From Octopus bimaculoides (Eukaryota), in NCBI RefSeq assembly GCF_001194135.2, contig NC_068992.1:49636763-49700762 (forward strand): a stretch of 64,000 bases of DNA, in the 5' to 3' direction. Every line of letters starts with the position of its first letter. Position 1 is the stretch's first letter. Below the pieces are notes generated by a model. It saw nothing but the letters and a program-made list of their open reading frames with translations. It did not search any database and was not told where the DNA came from. Below, piece after piece: positions 1 through 24,758 of this stretch. The position numbers were made by a program, and so were the translations under genes.

Positions 1-113
1 TCTCAGAATGGAAAGTATTCTCACACACATTAGAATTCTTCACTCTCTGTGACAATCCTGCATTTTATTCTCTGTTGTGTTGAATTTGATGAATATAAGA
101 AATAAACAGTTAC

Positions 114-12322
<12,209 letters not shown>

Positions 12323-12337
12323 TCTTGTTTACCTGCT

Positions 12338-12347
12338 GTCACGTGAC
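12338..12347. promoter_or_regulatory. Palindromic GTCACGTGAC E-box (CLEAR/USF-type) next to the PTAR1 start codon
   Basis: Exact 10-bp palindrome with 15 nt between it and the ATG; function is inferred. Confidence 0.45.
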
Positions 12348-14187
12348 CAGCTGACAGCCAGCGCCACCTTGAACGTAGAGTGCAGGGTTTCAATCCCCAC
12401 CTCCGTCTAACCCTCAACGTTCTTCGTCATATATATACGGCAGGAAAAAAAAAATAGTGAAATCAGCAGCCAGGAACACACAAATAATAAAATAGCGCTT
12501 TCTAAAATAGCATTTTCATCGAATTTTCGTTGTGGTTGTTGTCTACTCTATTTGGAGTGAGGAATTTAGCAGAGAGCCGTTTTTACGTAACCCTGTTTCG
12601 ATTATAGGCTGTAACCTTTTTAGTTATGTAATTAACGTCATTTGCAAAGACATTTTATATCACATTCTAATTTTCATTCACCTAAAAATATTAGACGTAT
12701 ACGAGAGAATGAGTTTGTGTGTGTATGGAGAGAGACAGACAAGCAGAGAAAGAGAGAGAAAAAAATAAGTTTTGAAATACATAGAAGCAAACAATTAAAC
12801 AAAGGACACAAACACACACATCTATGCGTATACATCTAGACATACGCAGTATGTGCACACGTGTACATGTATGTGCGTGTGTGCGCACGTGTTTATTTAT
12901 GGTGATAATTTGATTTAACTTTAATGATTTAATGCCTATTAGAAAGGTATAACTGGAATATCAGTTCACCTTCTAAATAATTTTTTTTTATATATATAAT
13001 TAATCTGTCATTGAATGGCAACCACAGTACAGTTCGTGAACCGGTTTCAAGTCTCGGTCGAAACACTGTTCACTCCACTTACGTCACAAGTTGTCCTTGT
13101 GAATTGTATGAAGGTCACAACGCCCTGTTTTAACTTCCGCTTAAAATGTCAGGTTTAATGTCACTGCTACCAGTTGATTATATGCAGATCTAACTTTTGA
13201 ATGGAGATATAATTAATTAATTAATTAATTAATTAATTGGTTGATTGAGTGATTGATTGGATGTGTATTACATTTACACAGACTGACTTCAGATGGATGA
13301 AAGAGGAAAAAGTCGATCCCATCAGAATTTTGAAACCAAAACAACATGACCTTGAACCAGACAGTAAATCATCTGGTATGGCTATCTGTTAAGTTGGTTG
13401 GTTCAACACCAGATAGTAGTAGTAGTAGTAGTAGTAGTAGTAATTGTCTCTCATTTTGGTAAAAGGTTTTGTGTGGAGGGCTGGTTGATCATATCAATGC
13501 CCAGAATTTGGTTCTTTATTTCATCAGCTTTGGAGGGATGAAAAGCATAGCTCACTTCTTTCTGCAGGATTTGAACACAGAACATAAAAGTGCTGGAAAG
13601 AACAGTGCAATGTATTTTCTCTGGTGCACTAATGATTTAGCTTGATGATAGTTTCAAATTTTGGCACAAGGCCTGCAATTTCTGAGGAGGATTACATCAA
13701 CCACAGTGTTCAACTGGTACTTATTTTATCAGGCCCAAAAGGATGAAAGGTATATTTGATCTCAGCTGAATTTGAACTCAGAACATAAAGAATCAGAAGA
13801 AATAGGCATTTTGTCCAATGGGGTAATGATTCTACCAGCTCACTACCTTAATGATAATAATAATGATAACGATAATTTCTTTTATTAACCGTAGGGATAT
13901 AGATGAAGGGAACCTTCACAAGAACAGTCATCAATCTGTGATAGGGTTTACATAAACAGTAAGGAGAAAGAAATTTGGTCTGTTTAACACAATGGATTGA
14001 GGAAAAAGACAATAAGGAAATCTAAAAGCACAAAGGCTACACAAAACCATAAACGACACACCTGGTATGTAGTTGCAGGCCACCTAAGGCTGACCTAGGC
14101 TATACAACCACATCAATAAATATTTTCTATATATTATTCATAAGATTAAAAGAAGCATCTGCTCAGATGCTTATCACCATCACCATC

Positions 14188-14365
14188 ATCATTTAACATC
14201 CTTTGTCCATGCTGGCATGGTTTGGACGGTTTAACCAGGGTTGGTAAGTTGAGGGTCTGCACCAGGCTCCAGTCTGATTTGGTATGGTTTCTACAGCTGG
14301 ATGCCCTTCCTAATGCCAACCACACTGAGAGTGTAATGGGTGCTTTTACATGCCATCAGCATGGG
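14188..14365 (-). mobile_element. RTE-related short repeat, family D
   Basis: CATCATCATTTAACATCC...CAGCTGGATGCCCTTCCTAATGCCAACC; (GAT)n tail on the minus strand. Confidence 0.75.
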
Positions 14366-15004
14366 TGCCAGTTGCATGACACCAGTATCTCCCACGACTA
14401 TAATTTCACTTGGCTTGATGGGTCTTCTCATGCACAGCATATTGCCAAAAGTCTCGGTCATTTGTTATTGCTTCTGTGAGGCCCAGTGCTCAAAAGATGC
14501 CTTTTAATTGTCACTAGCATAGGGGCTAGTTATGTGACACCAGCATCAGCCACATTGCCTCCGTGAGGCCCAATGCTCGAAAAATATCTTAGAAATAGCA
14601 GTTAACTCTCCTTGTCTAAGGGAAGACCCTCAGCTTACCAGCTCTGGTAATTCACTTCTACCCACTTTGTATCTTAAGATCTCATCACTACTATTTTTAC
14701 GTGATTGATCTATAAATTGATCAATGAGCATGAAGCTGTGGTGTGATATGGCTCATCAGATGATCTAAAATTCACTCACTTTTCACTCTGTAAAAGACTG
14801 TTTGGTGCCTAACTCAGCCAGTGACTTAGCTTTTTATCCCTTCAGGATCGATAAAATAAGTACCAGTTGAAAACTAGGGTTGATGTAAATGACTAGCCCC
14901 CTCCAACCACCAAAATTTCAGGCCTTGTGCCTGTTGTAGACAGGAGTATTTCCTAAGGGTTGCTTCTAGACCCAACTCATTTGTGTCAGGTGTACAGACT
15001 CATC

Positions 15005-15334
15005 TGTGGAGGCGCAATGGCCCAGTGGTTAGGGCAGCGGACTCGCGGTCATAGGATCGTGGTTTCGATTCCTAGACCGGGCGTTGTGAGTGTTTATTGA
15101 GCGAAAACACCTAAAGCTCCACGAGACTCCAGCAGGGGATGGTGGCGAACCCTGCTGTACTCTTTCACCACAACTTTCTCTCACTCTTACTTCCTGTTTC
15201 TGTTGTGCCTGTAATTCAAAGGGTCAGCCTTGTCACACTGTGTCGCGCTGAATATCCCCGAGAACTACGTTAAAGGTAAACGTGTCTGTGGAGTGCTCAG
15301 CCACTTGCACGTTAATTTCACGAGCAGGCTGTTC
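15005..15334 (+). mobile_element. Family B SINE, truncated by N gap
   Basis: A box TGGCCCAGTGG, B box GGTTTCGATTCC; body matches the reverse complement of 2127-2510. Confidence 0.85.
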
Positions 15335-15513
15335 NNNNNNNNNNNNNNNNNNNNNNNNNNNNNNNNNNNNNNNNNNNNNNNNNNNNNNNNNNNNNNNNNN
15401 NNNNNNNNNNNNNNNNNNNNNNNNNNNNNNNNNNNNNNNNNNNNNNNNNNNNNNNNNNNNNNNNNNNNNNNNNNNNNNNNNNNNNNNNNNNNNNNNNNNN
15501 NNNNNNNNNNNNN

Positions 15514-16793
15514 GTATAACTACAGACTGGTCCCCTTCGACAACAATGTTTCCTTTCAGAAAAAAAAAAATTGCGTATTTTTTAATGAAACTTTGCAGAG
15601 ATATATTTTCGAAAATATAGATTACGATTATATTGATTGATAATATTGGTTTCAAATTATGGTACAAAGCCAGCAATTTCGGGGTGGGTGGGATAAGTCG
15701 ATAACATCGACCCTAGTAATCAACTGGTACTTATTATTTTTTTTGCGTCCAAAAGAATGAAAGTCAAAGTAAACCGCGGCAGAACTTGCGAATATTAAAA
15801 ATTAATTTTCTTTTTTTTTCTTCGCTTACGTTTGTGGTTTCTTCGGTTTTGGATTTATATTAATGGGATTTTGTATTATATATGTATCATATGTGTGTGC
15901 GTGTATGTGTGTGTTATATGTAATTATTAAATTCGAAGAATCGAAATAAAGTATAAGTGCTTTCTATAAAAAAAATTAGGTAATCTTTCGGTATATGGTG
16001 TTTAAAAAGTAAGTAAGAATTAAAGGGGGAATAACAAGGAGAGATAAATACGTCAACTCACTGTTAAACAACGTTGACATTGGCTGAAGCCACCAAAAAG
16101 TGAACAAAAGTTTTTTTCTTTGGTACGGAATTCCTCCATATAAGCTGGTATAAATATGAGACGAATAAATTGTCTGACGTTCTAAATTGACGTCGTAATT
16201 TTCTTTTTACCCGCACCCATATATTCTCCACATTTTGCGTATGAACGTCGTTATTTGTCGGATCTACAAAGTTCTCTTGATGCACAAATCACTTCGTGGT
16301 TGGACATACCGTTATTTAAGTATGAGAACCTAATTATTTCCTCTTTAATTTTTATTTATTTTAAAACATCGTATATTGACAGATTACCATAAATTAAAAA
16401 AAAAACGTTTAAGGTGTTTTGAATTATTCCTCACCTACTTTTATTTCCTTATAACCTTTTAAAATGCGTGTTTTTAAGAGACGATTTTCAGAAATACTTT
16501 TCAGAGAGTGTTAATTATGTAATGTTAATGTTTGAAACATATAAGCCTGAAAAAGAAAAAAAGTGAAAATTGGTAAAATTACAGAAATTAGTTATCCTAA
16601 AGTCGAGGCAGCTGGGGGAGGGAGAAAAACGATCCAAAACTCTTCCGCAAGTTCGTTTTTTGTAAATCTTATCAATATAATTGTAATCTACATCATCGAA
16701 AACGTATTTCTGCAAAATTTCCTTAAATAATATGCAATTATCAAAGAGTTATGACAAAAACGGAAGTTTGTGGCACCAATCTGTATCTATACC
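15514..16793 (-). mobile_element. Internally deleted Merlin (IS1595/IS1016-like) DNA transposon with transposase C-terminal remnant
   Basis: ORF 16064-16285 minus: HQENFVDPTNNDVHTQNVENIWVRVKRKLRRQF...SYLYQLIWR, typical of IS1595/Merlin transposases. Long imperfect TIRs: GTATAACTACAGACTGGTCCCC at the left (abuts a gap) and GGTATAGATACAGATTGGTGCC at the right (reverse complement). A family C SINE fragment is nested at ~15660-15790. Confidence 0.8.
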
Positions 16794-17097
16794 CATTAAT
16801 CGAGTTCTTACCCTCATACAACTTTGGTCAGTTGCTACAGCAACTGTCAATGTTTATTGTGGTACAACGAGATTTGATACTGAAGTCTCGGTTAAATCTC
16901 GTGTTATCTATCATGGCGTCTTACTCTGGTTTGTTTCTCCATTAACTTTCTTCTAAATTTCTTTCTTCCCTTCTTCATTTGATGTAATTTAAGAAAGAGG
17001 AGGAAATAACGATAATAGAAAATAAGCTGTTGTTTGTGATATTTTGTTAATCCAAATACAAACTCGTGGAAGCTGTGAGCACTGACAGTGTTTTATA

Positions 17098-20000
17098 ATG
17101 AATCCGTCATCATCGGCTTTCAATGATGATACATATTATCAACAGCATCACCAACGTGGCCAACAGAGGAGACCACTACCTCCACCACAACATCAACCAT
17201 ATGACACAAATAATGACAACTTCTCTTCCAGACCCTATGGCGAGAACCAACGTGTGTTCCGCAACTTTCACCCTAGTGAACAACAGCACCGGGGGACCAG
17301 ATATAACCATCCTGATGAGGGAAGTTATTATAAAGATCGTGATATTGCGAGTGACTCCAAAAACTTCCCCCCACCTTACGGCCGAACTGAAGGAGCTTTG
17401 CCACCGTATAATTATTCTGATCATCCAAGGTCTAGGCTTGAGCAAGGAAGTAATACTAACAACAGCAACAATAATAACACGAGGAACATGTTACATTCGA
17501 ACTCTCGTCCACCAATCACTAATGACAACAACTATCCGCCGAAATACAGCAGAAGCGGTTTCAGAGCAGAACAGTTTCCTAACACTAACGTACCACCACC
17601 GCCGCCGCCGCCACGCCCACCACCATTACACATGCATCAACAAGTGACGACAAGGTTACCGTCACAGCCACCACCGACTCGTCCTCAACCACCGCTGCCA
17701 CCACCACCCATCAGGGACCAAGCTGGATTCTACTCGGGAGTGAATTACATTCCCCAACAGAAGAACGTTGCGACACCGGAGTATCCGGCCAACTTCAACC
17801 TTCCCCCTTTCCCCGGCCTCGACACATCGTGTCCCCCACCTTCCCTGCCGCCTCTGCCACCCCTACCATTACCACCGGTGATCCCCCATACTTCCTCTGC
17901 CCCATCCTCTGCTGATCCATCACCACTGCCTCCACAGTATTTGAAACCTTGTTCTGCACCGTTGTATCTAGGTACCGACAGTTCTAATTCCATTGTTTCT
18001 AGCATCCCATCCAATGCCACTTCTGTTCCCCCTCCTCCTCCTCTCGGTCCCAGTTTTATTTCTCCCCCGCCTCCTCCTCTGGCCGACACCTTAAATACGA
18101 ATCAGTTACACGGGGATAATAATTTTAATAACACCCCATCATCAAACAGTGGACTGTCTGATGTGACTTTAGCGACATCAAACTTCAGTGTCCCACCTCC
18201 GCTCACGCCAGTTTATGGTAGCAGGTTCCCACAAAAACCCGACAATTCTGTAGATTCTGAATATTCCCAAATCGACGATGCCTTACAACTCCAAAGACAA
18301 CAAGACAAAGAATGGATTAAGCAAAAGTTTTCCACGAAAATCCAGGACCTGCCCTCAAAGAAACCTTCAACCATGACGGTATGTTCAGATTGGAAGATTT
18401 TCTTAGCATTTTATTGTTTAGCTCCAGATTGAACAGACAAATGAATGAATGTATTTGACTCCTGTCTTTGTTTCAGGCATAGTGTATCGAGGAAGACATT
18501 ATCCAAAGTGTCTTCTTTCTCTTGCATAATAATTTGAAATGACAATCTTCATCTGACAGTGTAGCTGCTGATGTACAAAAAGACGAGATGGTCACATCTG
18601 GAATATCTCTGATCATAGGTCAGCTTGACCAAAGCTGCTAACACATACTCTAATTGACTTGTTATGATGAGTAGCATATAACAGCTATGTTAATGAAGAT
18701 TGCTTTCTTTTTAAATTTAAATATCAGGACATTCTAGTGATTTGGGGATGTGGTACTCCAGGCTGTTATCATTCCCTAGTTAAATATGACTGCTTTTGAA
18801 ATAACTCTAACAACCAGGACTATAAATGATCCTTTCACACTAGTGTAAGATTGACAATGGCTAGGTCTGTGCATGTACATATCATATGAAAAATTGATAG
18901 TAACCCAAAGTGTGCAGAGAAGCACGGTTTCATCAACTAATTTCATACCTCAATGTCCTCCAGTTAATAACGAGGATGATGGTGATAATTATCTTTATCC
19001 ATCTACCTTATCATGGTAATAAACTTTATTGGATCATTGGTTCAAAGAATATCTGGTATAATATATCGGTTTTTAAATTCAAATTTGTTATTCAGATCTG
19101 GGAATCACAGAATCTTGTCCGTCAAATGCTGCTGACTGCTGGCCAACTTCATAAATTTAAGAAGACCCTAGAGAATATTCATGAAACTGCCACTGAAGAG
19201 GAATGGTTGGCTGAAATTAGAAAAATTGAAACAACAAAGGTAACATATTTATATTTTATGCATGACACATCTTTTCACTGTTTTTGTTTTACATATTCCT
19301 TTTTTATTATGTTAATGTTGGTGAGATGATTCCTGCCAGCAAAATTGTTATTTTCAGTTGGATGTTCTATGCAGTTATTTGACCTGCTAGATATAGTTTA
19401 TGTCTCCAGAAGATTGTCCTTTGCAGACATCCCTAATCATTTTGGTTTCTTCCATGTTGCCTCATTTTACAAAATCTAATCCTTTCATAATCCACACTCT
19501 CAAGTCTGCAGGTTTTTCTTAAATTAATTCTAAAACTCACTCATTACTGCATTTCCCTTTGTCATCTTGCTTACAACACTTTATGTTCACTCTATGGGGT
19601 GGGGAGTTGATCAGCTTTGCCTTTCGTTCTTTCAGTGTCTATAAAACATGGTACCACTTGAGTACTAGGGTTGATTTTTATTCTGATTCCAAAATATTGC
19701 AAGTGAGGTGTTGACTGTGATAAACCAACCAACCAACCAACATAAAGACAAAAACAAAAAAAATTGTATTGCTTATATATTCCTGAAAAACATTTTTTGT
19801 AGGAGACATTGGAAGATTTACGTCGGAAAATCACTGATAAAAATCTGATTGAAGAACTGGAAAAGAAGATGAAAGCAAGACTAAAGAAACGGGTGAGTTT
19901 AATGATTGTTTTACTAACTGATCTATGTGACCAAGATGTCTGCAAAGGCAGACATCACCCTGACATTTCATCTGTTCATGCCCTGTTTCTTATGGGGGAT

Positions 20001-23000
20001 ATTTCCAGTTTCATTAGCAACAATGTTAAAACTCAGAGTTGCCTAAAGCATTTCATGAGATATTATTACTACTAGTGCATGACCCCTTGTTTTATACCTG
20101 GAATAAGTAATTCTTTCATTGAAATACAGGTATATATATATATATATATATATATTTATTCCACAAAGGATTAAGCAAAGGAACATAAAACAGTATTGAA
20201 ATAAAAGAAACATTTCATAGATCAAAATATATGTTAGTTTTTAACTATTTTTCTACATGCAGCGTTATATACAACAAACCACAGACAGAAAATTTTGGCA
20301 GCCAATGTCTGTAATTTTAGAGAATTTTACATCTTCATAATTGGGATGCTGGTGAGATCCTCTTGGTAGAGTAAATTTACAAGAATTTACCAGCAAGAAT
20401 TTTTACCTCTGATGAATTCCCAACTCCACTGAAGACAATATGCAACTGACCATGTGTGAACATGTTTGTAGTATTGTAAATATAGTTATTAAAAAATTCA
20501 GTAAGAGAAAAACAAATATTTATTCATAAGTTAAGAGATTCATCATTTTTTTTTGTTCCATTCTGTAATGAATTGCTCTCTTTTAAGAGAAAATAAACAT
20601 GCACACAGAAGCAGACACACATATGGCAAGAGAGTTAGAGAGAGAGACAGAGAGTGTATTCGGTGAGAGCTCAAGATAAATAGTGATGGAATCCTCTTGT
20701 TGTATCACTTGCTTACACTTTGTGAAACTATTCATTCTTCATTCATGACAAACTGTTCAATAATAAAATGAATTTTAAAATGGTTGTAAGCAAATAATCA
20801 TCCAACAACATTCTGAAATGATTGAATGTGAGAAACTGAAGTGGACATTGCCTGTGAGTCATCTAGGTTACTTGTGTATTGAGTGAGAGATTGAGGTAAA
20901 AACAGTGATAGGAAGATAAGCAAATAGATAGATACATGGCATTTCTTATTGTGAGGAAAGTAACTTATTAAAATTTAACAGAGAAAAATGAGTATTTATT
21001 TATAAGATTCATAATATTTTCTTTCCATTTCCAGGGTCGATAAAATAAATACCAGTTGAACACTGGAGTCAATGTAATCGATTCATCCCCTCCCCCAAAA
21101 ATGCTGCCGTTGTGGCTAGATTTGAAACCATTATTATTATTATTGTTGTTATTATTCCTACTAGGATAATGTTTAGCAGCATTTCATCTATTTGCATGTT
21201 CTGAGTTCAAATTCTACTGAAGTCAACTTTGCCTTTCATCCTTTCAGGGTTGAACACTGGGGTTGATGTAATCAACTCATCCCCATCTTCCCCAAGCTGC
21301 CCTTGTGGTAAAAACTTGAAATAATAATGATAATTATTATTATTGTAATTATTATTATTATTATTAAGGCAGTGAACTAGCAGAATTGTTTGTGTTGAAC
21401 AAAGTGGCATTTCATCTGACTCTACTTTCTGAGTTCATATTCTGTCACGGTTAACTTTGTCTTTCATCCTTTCAGAGGCGGTAAAGTACTTTCAAAATCG
21501 TTGGCCTTGTGCCAAAATTAGAAGGTTATATAAATACATACATATATATTATTTATTTAAAAAAGAATCTATATTGTCTGTCATATCTGAAACTTTAACT
21601 GAATTCCTATTTGGTTGCAGTATGTATGGCTCAAGCTTCCCTGGTGTGACCTATTGGAAATAATACATGGTGTACCTTTAGGAAGTCTATATTCCATTTT
21701 GACTGACCAATCTAGGCAGTTACATCACTTGCCTGTTTCAGCCTAGTGCCTCTTTAAAAAAAAAAAAAATCAGATAAAACAAAACATATATCCTTTGTTT
21801 AAAACAAAAATTACATTAATGCTTTGGCTAATATATCAAAGTTGATCAAAGAATGGGCTTCGAAACTCATATATCCTTTTACTTGGAATATCCTTTACAT
21901 TAAAGCACAATATTTGTGTGTCAGGGAGTGAGATTTTTTTATTTTCTTTTTATTGTAAGTTCAAACAATTATGTGTTTCTAGTGACCATCCCTATCAGTG
22001 CCTTTTTGTATTTCTGCAATATAAGTGGATATCATGTTTATAACATGTATTGATAGGTTATTGTTATCATACACTTAAAGATGCGCGATAGCAACATTAT
22101 ATTATCATATTGATGGGGTGTACCTTGATGTCATGTTATACAACATGTCGTGTTATATAGTATGTTTCTTTTTGATAGCTTGTTATTATAGCTGATATCA
22201 TGCTGTTATAGCATTTCTTGATATCCTATTATTCCTTCTGTTAATATTGTTTACAGAACTAAGGTAGCAAGCTGGCTGAATCGTTTGCATGCCAGGTAAA
22301 AAAATGCTTCACTGCATTTCATCCATCTTTATGTTCTGAGCTCAAATTCCACCAAGGTTGACTTTGCCATTCATCCTTTTGGGATCAATAAAATAACTAC
22401 CAGTTGAACCCAGAGGGTCAATGTAATCGACTTAACCCCTTCTCCTAAAATTGCTGACCTTGTGCCAAAATTTGAAATCAATATTGTTTACAGAACTTGT
22501 TGATACAGCACATGTCTGTATAAATTGCTATTACATCTGATGATATTACAGTCACTGCATGTGTTGATATCACATTGTTATGATGATTGTTATAGCCTTT
22601 GAAAGTATAACACTGATATTATTATAGCATATGTCAATATTGCACTGTTATGGCATTGTACTAATATCATGTCGTAGCTCATATTGATATTATGTAATTG
22701 TGCATTAGCCAATATGTTATATGTTGATATCACACTGTTGTGCAATGGCCAACATTACACTGTTATAGCATATGTTGATTTTACTGTTTTAGCATGTGTC
22801 AATATTGTTATGGTATGTGTTAATATCACTGTTATTGCACATGTCAGTATCACTGTTTTAACATGTCAATATCACTGTGTAATGGCATATGTTGATACCA
22901 TGTTGTGCATGTGTCAGTACTGTGTTGTTATAGCATATCAATATTGCATAGTCATAGCCTGTGTCATTATTGAACTGTTATAACACCCATTTATAACACA

Positions 23001-24688
23001 TGTTGGCATCCATTATATAGATATAACATGTGTTTATATCATACTGCTATAACACTTCTAACACTTGTTGGTATCATCTTGTCACTATAGCTATATATTT
23101 TGACACTACAGCAAATATTCTATTTGGGTCCAAACAACTTCACCAAATTCCACCAATAATAATTCCAAGTTTGATGGTAACACTTTTTTTTCCTTGCCTG
23201 AATATCTTCAACTTCTATGAAGCATAAGTCAGCTACGGGCATCACATTTCCTTCTTAGCTCATAAATTAATTGAATTCATTAATAAATATTTATTTTTTC
23301 TTTTAAAGCTGTGATGAAGATTCAACTTTCAGTCAGTGGTATTCATTGGTTGGATGTACAATCAAACCAACCAATGACTAACAAGGTGGAAACATTTGAT
23401 ACTGTCTCTGTTATGTGTACACACATCTTTTATAATGACATGGTTTTTTTTTATGTTGTTTGTTTTAGCTGTAATTTATTTGTATTTCACCATTTTATAT
23501 TTCTTTATTCTTTCCTTCTTTAGCTCTCACACAAACACACACACACACACACAGATAGAAAGGAAAATAAACACAGGTATGCATAACATGTGTATATACA
23601 CATGGAATACAAAATGCAGATTACAAAATAAAGAAAACAAAAGGAGTTATATAACAGTCTTGTCTCGAAAGCTGATTTGGGAGATCAGTGACTTATGCCA
23701 TAATCAAATTCATACATAACAGCTATGCATGATGTCATAGGTGTTTGTAACAACATAAGTTTCTATGAACTTGTTTAAGCTAGGCCTGGTGATCCTCCTT
23801 CGGAGAAGATTATTTTTTATTCCATAATTTGTATTTCACATAAACATACTCTGAGTGGTTGGCATTAGGAAGGGCATCCAGCTGTAGAAACTCTGCCAAA
23901 TTAGATTGGAGCCTGGTGTAGCCATCTGGTTTCACCAGTCCTCAGTCAAATCGTCCAACCCATGCTAGCATGGAAAGCGGACGTTAAACGACGACGATGA
24001 TGATGATGATGATACGGATTGAGCCTACCCATGTTTATCTGCCTTTCTATCTACATAACAGCTTGGCAAGGATCATTCTTAAAGCTAAGGTATTGGCTCT
24101 GGATGAAGAGGTTGGAGTAAAAATTCTTAATAATCCGAGCACTACCCCCTTATTCTCAATACCATGCTTACATTGCATTCTCCTACATCACCATCACCAT
24201 CACCATCATTTAACGTCCGCTTTCCATGCTGGCATGGGTTAGACAGTTTAACTGGAACTGGTAAACTGAAGAGCTGCAGCAGGTTCCAGTCTGATTTGGC
24301 AGGGTTTTTAACCCCTAACCCTAATGCCAACTACTCCAAAAGTGTAATGGGTGCTTTTTACATGCCACTGGCACGGGTGCCATGACTACAATTTCATGGG
24401 TGCTATTTACATGACACTGGCCATGACTGTGGGTTTCATTTGGCTTGACAAGTATTCTCAAGCCCAGCATATCGCCAAAGGTTACATCGCCTCTGTGAGG
24501 CCTGACATTTGAAGATTATGCTCCACATCATCCCTCACCTCCATGAATCTCAACATTCGAGGATCATGCTACTGACAACGGCCACGATTACGATTTACAT
24601 GACACTGGCAATAACCATATATATATATATCGTCCAACCCATGCTAGCATGGAAAGCAGACGTTAAACGATGATGATGATGATGATGA

Positions 24689-24758
<70 letters not shown>

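Noticed and set aside
15005-15085. tRNA-like sequence with A and B boxes (also 2430-2510, 54960-55040 and family A/C heads)
   Set aside because: Runs directly into a repeated SINE body; these are SINE heads, not tRNA genes.
17123-17647. 174-aa alternative-frame ORF overlapping PDCD7 exon 1 (plus antisense ORFs)
   Set aside because: No recognisable motif; expected as a by-product of GC-rich low-complexity coding sequence.
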